Made by a program: the position numbers and the translations under genes. The notes beneath the pieces were generated by a model. It made no database searches, was not told where the DNA came from, and was given only the letters and a program-made list of their open reading frames with translations. From positions 43,434 to 107,433 of the forward strand of contig CAVSHT010000014.1 in assembly GCA_963727895.1 (NCBI GenBank): 64,000 bases of DNA, in the 5' to 3' direction. Shown here one piece after another: positions 55,467 to 64,000 of the stretch (position 1 is the first letter of the stretch; each line of letters starts with the position of its first letter). This stretch comes from an uncultured Methanosarcinaceae archaeon. Lineage in GTDB: Archaea > Halobacteriota > Methanosarcinia > Methanosarcinales > Methanosarcinaceae.

Positions 55467-57051
55467 GAGACTTTTTATTATTTTCTGGTCTACCTCTTTT
55501 TTTCTCAATCGTGCAAAACAATAAAATTTTAATTTCATTGAGATAAATTCGTTTTAATGGGAAGAGGAAATAAATCAATCGAGAATTCAATGGTAAAAAC
55601 GATATTTGAAGGCAATGTATTAATTCCTTTGCCGAAATTGCTAGTTGAAAATCGCTTTCATTCTCTGTTCTCTTTAATATCTCCTACTCATTGTGATTTT
55701 TGTGGCGCTAAATTAAATGTGAACTCTCACTATACTCGTTCAATTCTCACAAGTTATGGCACCATAACTTGCAATACTACATACTGGATTTGTCCTACTT
55801 GTAAAAAGCATTTTCATGATCAGATCGTTGGTGTTTCTGGATCCGCAAATTACAGTGATGAGTTCTATGACAAACAAATGCTTGTCAGATACGATAGCAG
55901 ATGCAGTCTTCACAATTCCTGTAGGGTAGGCGAAACATATACAGAAGGTTTGACTGATATATGCGGCAGAGCTCCTTGTGCCTCTTCATTATGGTTGCAT
56001 GAGCAAAAACAATCTGTATTTTCTAAGCAAGAACTTTTAGATCAAAATCCTGATTTTGATGGAACTTTGTATATTGATGGAGATCGGGTCAAGAAAGGAT
56101 GGAAAAAGAAGTTTGAGACTCTGATAGGACGAGAGATTACATTAAAAAAATGGAAAAAGATGCGATATCAATCCGTTTACGTTATCACTACAAAAGAAAA
56201 GGTAATTTTGGATTTTGAGGTAACTGACAGGTTACCAACAATTGAAGCTCTAATTTCTCTTATCCTACGAATAAAAAACCGATTTCCAGAAGGCAAAATA
56301 CAAAAAATCGTTTCTGATGAAGATAAAGCAATCATTGGAGCTGTAAAAAGCGTCTTTCCTGAAGTGGTTCATTCTTTTTGTGTGTTTCATCAATTGAAAA
56401 GCGTGAACAAGAGATATAGTGATGATTTTGGATCTATAAAAAGTATTCCAGACAATGATAAACTTGTGTACAATGAAATCTGTCAATTAATACAGTCTGA
56501 TACGGTCATTAATTCTGTCGTGTGTTTTCAAAATATCCTAAATCTGGCATCTAATCTTGAACTTTCAAAAGCATCTCAAAAAGCGATTTCTTATGCAAAA
56601 GAAATTTTCATGAAGAGCATAAACTTTTTGAAAAAAGGATTTACACCTGAGACGGATAATACAATGGAACAGATATTTTCTCTGATAGGAGACATCGTAG
56701 ACAAGACAAGATCATTCAAAACTGATAGTGGTCTAACTAATTTTTGCTACAATTTGTTTGCTTATTTCAACAAAAGGTGTTTCCGCACTGGAAAATGGGC
56801 AGGATTTTCGCCCTTGATGAGGGCGAGATTCCAGTATGGATAATAAAGGGTGAATGGAAACTTCCACTATAAACATGCAACTTTACAGCGGTAGCTATCG
56901 AATGATTTTGAAAAAATCAGAAATATGTATGAAAAAGTTAAAAATAAGTGGATCAACTTTCCCAAAATGAGGAAATGAGTTTAATGAATTTGGATAGAAT
57001 TCCATTGTTATTATAGAATCGCAGAAAAACCAGAAAAAATTAAAAAGACTC
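55467..57051 (+). mobile_element. IS256/MULE-like element
   Basis: Imperfect IRs gagactttttattattttctgg / ccagaaaaaattaaaaagactc. Confidence 0.75.
55557..56843 (+). CDS. Transposase, Zn-finger plus MULE/IS256-like DDE
   Basis: CDFC..CPTC, YIDG, VSDEDKAI, CVFH, TDNTMEQ. Confidence 0.8.
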   Translation: MGRGNKSIENSMVKTIFEGNVLIPLPKLLVENRFHSLFSLISPTHCDFCGAKLNVNSHYTRSILTSYGTITCNTTYWICPTCKKHFHDQIVGVSGSANYSDEFYDKQMLVRYDSRCSLHNSCRVGETYTEGLTDICGRAPCASSLWLHEQKQSVFSKQELLDQNPDFDGTLYIDGDRVKKGWKKKFETLIGREITLKKWKKMRYQSVYVITTKEKVILDFEVTDRLPTIEALISLILRIKNRFPEGKIQKIVSDEDKAIIGAVKSVFPEVVHSFCVFHQLKSVNKRYSDDFGSIKSIPDNDKLVYNEICQLIQSDTVINSVVCFQNILNLASNLELSKASQKAISYAKEIFMKSINFLKKGFTPETDNTMEQIFSLIGDIVDKTRSFKTDSGLTNFCYNLFAYFNKRCFRTGKWAGFSPLMRARFQYG

Positions 57052-57497
57052 ACAGAAAATGTGCAGATAATTAAAGCCTTTATATGGATGTCAATATTAA
57101 CATTAATCGTTAGCAAAAGAATTTATTCTTTTGTAAGAAATTCACTAATTGATCCTGAAAAGAAGGTGCGATATACACAGTTGCGATGGAGCAAAATATT
57201 TGCAAGTAACGCATTGGATTTATTAAAACTACTGCTAAAATGTTGTGACGGAAACAGAATTTTCGAAACTTTGATGCATGTTTATATAAGTCAAGGTTTA
57301 GATCCACACGTCAATAAAAAAAGGTTTAGAACTCCATGGTTTGAATAATGGATTGGGCATAAATAGGAGAAACGATTGCATAAGACGGAAAGAGTTCCTT
57401 AACCGATGACCAATGAAGTAACACATTATTATTTTGGAGCAAAATCGATGGGACTGCTTATGAAAATGGCAAAGTACAGTGTAAAAATGGACTTAGG

Positions 57498-60419
57498 TTA
57501 TTCTGCCTCAGCCGTTGCTAAATTTAAACTGGTTTTGAAATATAGGCAATTATCGCAGCCTAACAAATCTCCGCATTGTTCACGGAGAGTTGCGCACAAA
57601 ACAGATGATGAAATCTCTTTCTTAAGAACCTGGTGAACATAATAACTTGTTATTCCTCTATCAAAGTCTTCCTGCACGCTGAATGTCTCAATAATAGCTT
57701 TTTCGGGCATTCCAGAAAGATGCAATTCCCTTACGATTGCAACTCTAAGCTGATTACCGACATGACCAGTCAATTGTTTTTTAGTAGCTTCCAGAATGCA
57801 ATTTCTAGGCTTACGCTGGACTTTGCCATTGACTCTAATAATAGGGTTAGGATTACTAAGTTTTTTCTTCGTAGCTACTTTCTTTGCTACAGGAGGAACG
57901 AATGAATAAATGTCTAAAACCCCAACTTCTAAAGAATCAAAGTCTTTTACAAAAGTACCATTTACTAGAATCTTGGAAAGAGTTTTATGTTTTTGATGTG
58001 TTGCAAATGGAAGTTTGATTAAATTACCATACCCTTTTCTATCAACCCTTTTTTGCTTTGGGAATACCTCAATGTCTGCCTCCTTCCATTTAAGAGATTC
58101 TCTTATCCAATTCCCTAACTCGTAGGCTTTCTCAGCATCTACAGGCTCTAGAAATATCCAAAAATGATACGAATGTGGACTTCCAGACGCTTCTAAAGTG
58201 TAAGGAATTCCATGATGAGAAAGAAAATTGGAAAGAATATCCTTTCGTTGTTCTGCAGCATTATCCCTTTTTAGAATATCTTCTTCTGATTCGATAGCAT
58301 TTTTAGGAGCATGAGAATCAATATCAAAACAGAGAGTTTTAACTTTATTTTCCTTGTTTAAGTGGTAAGTTCCAATTGTGATATTTCCCTTTAGGTGTTC
58401 TCTTATAGTTGTTTCTGTTATAGGAACTTCAACTAACCTATAAGTTCCATCCTTTTGCTGTTGCCCATAAACATCATTTCTGTTAATAATTAAATTCAGC
58501 AATTTAACCGAACTGTCTAAACAAGTGCGTTTTGAAATGCTAAAACCGTCTATTATATTATTATATATAGACGGTTTGGAAGGTTTTGAACGCACTTGTT
58601 TAGGAAGTTGTCTAATGGAAGCTTCTTCTAGCATTTCGTCAAAACTTTTGCATTTGAGAACAGAGGGTTCTGTTATCTTTCTTTTTTCACAGATAACGTT
58701 TACTTTCTTTTTTGCATCATTCCGTGTTTCTTCAATTTCTACAGTCCTGTTAAATCCCCATTTAACTACGTTCCTGCAATCCTCGACGCAGCAACCTAGA
58801 GCAAAAACTAAAGAAGGTTGTTTCCCTTCCGGATCTTTTATACGACTCCATGCTTGCCATGTGTCACAGTGTACGGACTCTTCTAGTAGCCTTCTTGAGT
58901 TTTTTGCATCAATTGAAATTGCATCAAAAGCGTTCGAAGGTTTGTTAGCAAGCCCTATAGCTATCATAACTCGCTGTTTTGCTGAAACTCCCATCATTTC
59001 GGAAGCTTTGTAATATGTAACTGAATGAGGATGTCCAGCGTTACTTAAATCTGATTCTAAACTTTCAGCTTCTGGGATACCAAGGGCTATGATTATACAG
59101 TCCTGATCGCCGTAGCAATGCAGAATCTCAAGTATCCTGCTTATGATCTCCCCTTTCATTTTGTGTCGTGACCGGTCTCCAACTGCGTTATACTTTTTAT
59201 TATCTGCTAGGATAGTCATCTTGGAATTAGTGTTAAGTGGATCTCCACCTGGTCCAAACATGATACTAACCGGCTTGACATGCCCCAAAAAAAGCTTGCT
59301 GTAATCGTAGCTGCAAATTGTAGCGGACGTTAAAATTATTCGTTTATCCTCACTTTGCATACTCATTACGAATGAATTTATCATGTTTTGGAGATTGTAA
59401 TCAATGGCAGTCAAATTTATATTTATGATTCCGTGATCTTTTATTGCATTTACAGATATGACTTCACTTGTGACTATCTATAGCATTTTGTACAGTTCGA
59501 GGACATCTTTTATTGCCAAATTGTACTTGTTAAGTTGCTTTGTAAGTTCTATAATCTCACTGAAAACCCCAATGGTAATTTTTGCTTTTTCTTCAACATT
59601 CCCATATTTGAAGCAGGGGTTAATCACGGTTTGATTTAATTTCTGTTTCCAATAATTTTTTCCTTCTGCCCCTCCCAACATTTCATGAATTGCGGTGTTT
59701 ACCCCGTCGTTGTGATCTATGCTGTTCATTTTTTCAATTATATTTATGATGTATGGGAATTCTTGAGAAAGAGTATTGAATCGATCTAACCTTAATCGCC
59801 GCTGGAATTTACTATCATAGACAACAATATCATTCCGTTTTCCATACTGCATTTCGTGAACTTCATCCAGAATCACATTACACGATTTGGCAATAGTCTG
59901 TAATATTTTATGAGCAGTTGAATTGGGGCGGTTATTTGCCATTAGAAGAGCGGCTACTTTTGAATAGGTTAAAACATATCCATCAGCATTTGGTTTCCTG
60001 GATATATCCGTAACTTCGCATTTGTTATAGTACTTGCACTCATCACATTTCTCAGCTATTGGGAGAACGGGCAACGAGTTTAAATCTGGATATTCTTTAC
60101 ATAGCTCCTGATTATGGATACACTTGTGGTTTGAAGGGATGTGTATTATTTCAGTATTTTCTCGATCACATAACTTTTTTGCATCGTTTACGATTGTATC
60201 ATCCGCTATTTTATTTGTTGGAACCATTGCCAGGAACTTTTCATATCTGTTCATGGATTCGGTAATTAAAGATGTGGTTGCACCTGCTCTAGTGGTTTTG
60301 TGTAATAGGTAATTCCCATGATTGAAGCTTTGATAATACTGTGATGCAGTTTTTGTTCTTGTATCAGTGTTTTCCCGGTTGAATGAGTACGAAGGTACTG
60401 TAAGCTGTATGCTTGACAA
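57498..60419 (-). CDS. SF2-helicase-like / AEP primase fusion (973 codons) with in-frame TAG at 59478-59480
   Basis: ORFs 59478-60419 and 57498-59414 are in frame, joined by TAG plus 21 open codons; VPTN, DEVH, TSAT, QAWSR motifs; CFDID, SGSPHSYH, FPKQ, GNLIKLP primase motifs; Cys-rich C-terminus. Confidence 0.8.
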
Positions 60420-60564
60420 TTAACTCACTCCTTCCGTGCGTTTTCCCTTCGTTCTCTTATCTCTTTCCAAACATTCGTAAGATAACGAATTTCAGATTTT
60501 CGAGATGTGGTTTCTCCCTGATTAGATCCATAGAACGATTCAAGTTTAAAAAGTGAAGGGGTCA

Positions 60565-60822
60565 TTAGTAATCCCTTCCAAGACGATAATCCCTTTTAAG
60601 ATCCGCTCTGCTACAATCCTCAAATTCTTCAGGCCGTCTGAAGGAATATGGATCAGTGAAAAAAGAGTAATTTTTCTTGCAGCTACAACGGTAATTTGAA
60701 TTAAAATTGTGTTCCGTTTCCTGCGTTGATGTGCTTCGAGTTTCAGGAATTGCAGAGGTGCTCGACAAGCTATCAAAATTGGAAATAAACGTCTGTACGG
60801 CGTTGTAATTATATTTTTTCAT
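60565..60822 (-). CDS. Hypothetical protein upstream of the helicase-primase
   Basis: 85-aa ORF co-oriented within the module. Confidence 0.45.
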   Translation of the reverse strand: MKKYNYNAVQTFISNFDSLSSTSAIPETRSTSTQETEHNFNSNYRCSCKKNYSFFTDPYSFRRPEEFEDCSRADLKRDYRLGRDY

Positions 60823-60879
60823 GTTTTCGTCTCTTGAGATTGAGTTCTAAGAAATATTAACTTCAAATAAATTTCAAAA

Positions 60880-61137
60880 TCAAAGAGAACTCAAGAAGCA
60901 AGCTGTAACGGAAATCAGTTTTTGATTACATTTTTCACATGCAGTTGATGATAAAAATGCTCTTATACTTTCCAGCATGTTGTATACGTGCGTGCATATG
61001 CATGCATATTGTTGCAATGTAGAAAAGTATAAAAAGTCGGAGCTCCTATTGAAACTAGGAAGCTGCAAAACATGATTTCCGCCTTTCTGTAGATGGTTCA
61101 GGTCTTCAGAAGGCTTGTTTCTAAATTCTCTCATCAT
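60880..61137 (-). CDS. Hypothetical protein
   Basis: 85-aa ORF co-oriented within the module. Confidence 0.4.
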   Translation of the reverse strand: MMREFRNKPSEDLNHLQKGGNHVLQLPSFNRSSDFLYFSTLQQYACICTHVYNMLESIRAFLSSTACEKCNQKLISVTACFLSSL

Positions 61138-61165
61138 TGGTCGTTCTTTTTATTCTATTCTTTTT

Positions 61166-61318
61166 TTAGCATCCTTTGACGTATGTAGGGAAATTTCGCT
61201 CTATTATTTCATCTACGACTTCATAGATGTATTTGTGCTGTTCTGCTGCAATAATTTTTAATACTTGTTCAGCTTTAGGGGAAACATTCGCTTTTGTATA
61301 TCTTGGATCTGTAGGCAT
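61166..61318 (-). CDS. 50-aa RHH/CopG-like regulator
   Basis: GGTGA RBS; MPTDPRYTKANVSPKAEQVLKIIAAEQHKYIYEVVDEIIERNFP. Confidence 0.65.
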   Translation of the reverse strand: MPTDPRYTKANVSPKAEQVLKIIAAEQHKYIYEVVDEIIERNFPTYVKGC

Positions 61319-62575
61319 ATATGTCACCATTATAATATTGTACAGTATAATTGTTCTTTTTATAATATAAACTTCCCCATAATCAATTCACTGAGGGTAC
61401 TGATTGTTTTATTCTTTTTATTATATTAAAATATGTCTTCCTATGAACTTACCAATGTTCTAAAACTTGTATACTGTTATATTACCTCGTAATTGTTACA
61501 ACACCCTTCCAACGTTACAGTACTCCCAACTGTTAAAAATCCCCTTTATACTGCGAACTGCAAATTATTTTGTAAGCACATGAGAATACATTAATTAATT
61601 CTTTTTTATGTTCATGTATATTTAATCATTTTGGCTTGAGAGTTTTAATTTTAAATAACCATTTTTATAAAAATATTTTCTGAAACGTTTCGTTAACGTT
61701 TCAATTTCAACCTCACTATCTGCGCTTACTGATGACGAAATTATAAGCAATGTTTTACCGAAACGGCCTATAATTTCGATTAAAAAGTATTCCCATAATG
61801 TGTTTATCCTATAATTAAAAAATATCCGTTATTATGCGAATTATTCGAATTGGGATTGCCTTTTTAATTTTGTAATGATGGCTATATATATATCGTTTTC
61901 TCTTTAATTTATGAAATAAATCAATTCGAATAATCTTGAAATACTCAATTCAGAAGTTCCCCTCTAATGTGTTCACCTTTTTATATAGTGTAAATGATTA
62001 GAAGGCCTTGTCAATACTCAATTTTAGTGCGGCTTCATTGCGATTTAGTTCTCATATGCCAACTTCTTAAACGTCACCCACTACAGAAGTCTTTTTTTAG
62101 AAATTGATTTTTTCGAATCATTGTGATGAAAATGTCGAATTGAGAAACGTTATCTTGTGGCGTGCTGGATGCAAAAAATTTGCGATATTTCCGTAAAAAT
62201 TGTCAAAATAGTTTTTTAGTACTGCAATATCTCACATCTATTAATTCTTTTTTATGTTCCGTGTATTTTAACCCTGTGTGCCGCTTGATGCTGATTCATT
62301 CCTTAAATTTCGCGCTAAAACCTGAATATTCTTAAAATAACTTAAAATTCTTGGCACTTATTAAATTTGAGTAAAACCTGGTGAAACTCTCAGTTTAAAC
62401 ATGACAAATCAAATACAAGCGTCTCAAAAGTCCGTCAAAATTTGAATGTCATTTTTAACTAATTGCCTTCTGCTAGTGGTTTATTTGCGAAAATGTCCAT
62501 ATTTTGTCGGTTTTCATCAAAAAACTTAAAAAATGTAAGGTTAACTAAAAATACTTTAAGTGTATTTTAATAATT

Positions 62576-62813
62576 ATGAATAAATTTAAGTGGACTCTTC
62601 GAAAACGCCGAGCAGCTTATCTTATCGGCCTGCGAGCCTCTTAAGTATAGACAAATAGCAGCAAAACTAAATATCACAGTACAGACCCTCTGGAACTATA
62701 GGCAACATCCAGAGTTTAATCGGAAGGTGGGTCAATTAGCTGCTCGTGAATATAGATTACAAATGGAGACGCGGTTGGTAATTGAATTAAAGAGACTTGG
62801 ACTTGTTAAATGA
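62576..62813 (+). pseudogene. Small HTH protein (phage/plasmid type), frameshifted
   Basis: MNKFKWTLRKRRAAYLI / YRQIAAKLNITVQTLWNYRQHPEF. Confidence 0.55.
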
Positions 62814-63363
62814 AATTTGCTTGACTCTCTTGAGCAAATTCTAAAAACTCTTTTTTCTATACTCTAAAAACTCTAAATATTGATCTTTTTTATACTCAAC
62901 AAACTCAACATGATTTTCTATGTTTTTTATCTCTAGTGTCTAACGATGTCAATTTTCCGCTAAAAACTCTGTGTAAATTGCATGCTTTTTTTCAATCGCG
63001 TTGATGCATGGCGATATCATAAATTTATACTGGACTAAAATGCCGGATTTTGCCGGATTTTATATGCTGCAATAACTGTAAGTTGATACAAGAATTAAGA
63101 AACTCTTTTTATACTTCCAAAACTCCCAATGTACTTTTATATGCTCCAAAAACTCCAAAAACCTTTTTTATGCTCGAAGAACTCAAGATACTCTTTTTAT
63201 ATGCTCACCAGAACTCGCCAGTTCCTGGAGCTCTCTTAAAAATATTTAAAATTATAGTAATGGCAGTTATTGCCCTTAGGCTGATATTATCCAGAATTCT
63301 TAAATCGTCAATTTTATAACAGTTCACGAGTTACCGTAGGGATCATCAAAGTGTTGGTTATTC

Positions 63364-64000
63364 ATGGCAAAAAATACAGCAGGCTCAAATGGTGCAAATG
63401 AAACTCTGGCAGGCAGCGGACAAACTCCGAAACAATATGGGACGCAGCAGAGTATAAACATGTAGTACTCGGTCTCGTTTTCCTGAAATACATCTCGGAT
63501 GCTTTTGAAGAGATGCACGAAAAACTCTTGTTGGAAATAGAGGAAGGCGCCGACCAGAAGATCCAGAAGAATATCTAGCAGAGAATGTATTCTGGTATCC
63601 TCCTGCTGCTTAAACTCTGGAGAGAAGTGCAAAAGCAGCCTAGAAAATTGTAGACGAAGCTATGACTTCAATTGAGCGGGATAATAAGACCCTGAAAGGA
63701 GTGCTCCCAAAGAACTATGCAAGGGAAGGACTTGAGAAGGCGAGCGCCTCGGGCGAGTTGATTCACCTTAGGCACAATCGGCCTTGGAGATAAAGAAAGC
63801 CGGAGTAAGAACGTGCTTCTGCCTGAGTTTACTCGTCAGTACTTCCTCGGCAGTTTTGCAGACGCAGAGGGCAAGCGTGGCGGTCAGTTCTATACCCCAA
63901 GAAGTATAGTCCGAGTTCTAGTTTGATGATTGAGCCTGGATCGCGGCCGAATTTTATGACCCCTGCTGTGGTTCAGGTGGGATGTTTGTCCAGAGCGAGA
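63364..64000 (+). pseudogene. hsdM: Type I R-M methyltransferase subunit, many indels, runs off window
   Basis: [42 protein letters not shown] in shifting frames. Confidence 0.85.

Larger units (their letters stand above)
52687..57415 (+). mobile_element. IS4-family copy 2, split by nested elements (5' part 52764-53491, 3' part 57052-57348)
   Basis: Left IR at 52687, right IR ccttaaccgatgaccaatg ending 57415; middle of transposase missing. Confidence 0.85.

Noticed and set aside
63324..63632. Minus-strand 102-aa ORF
   Set aside because: Antisense to hsdM

Overview
AT-rich, IS-riddled accessory DNA from a Methanosarcina-like archaeon (MC1 chromatin protein, tandem DUF1608-type S-layer protein, PGF-pre-PGF and DUF1699 genes). 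It looks like part of a plasmid or integrated element. Evidence: a divergent Orc1/Cdc6 next to a perfect 6x74-bp array; a ~973-codon SF2-helicase/AEP-primase fusion interrupted only by an in-frame TAG (possible pyrrolysine); RHH regulators; an MNT-HEPN toxin-antitoxin pair; an integrase relic; a degraded hsdM. Cargo includes gad, decayed mgtA, dedA, nitroreductase, Fe-ADH/TetR, an ABC exporter, transglutaminase-like proteins and tatA. Mobile DNA includes IS6, IS1, IS4, an integrase-core IS, an IS256/MULE-like IS and at least five MITE families. The most notable unannotated signals are (i) six orphan res-like double-dyad sites between cargo blocks, (ii) RHH/coiled-coil/amphipathic-tail genes each studded with its own repeated hexamer (candidate single-protein partition system), (iii) two in-frame amber codons in mobile-element genes, and (iv) two small secreted proteins sharing one signal peptide but carrying unrelated tandem-repeat cargo. 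All calls come from reading the sequence; no searches were run. Several frameshifts lie in homopolymers and may be sequencing errors.
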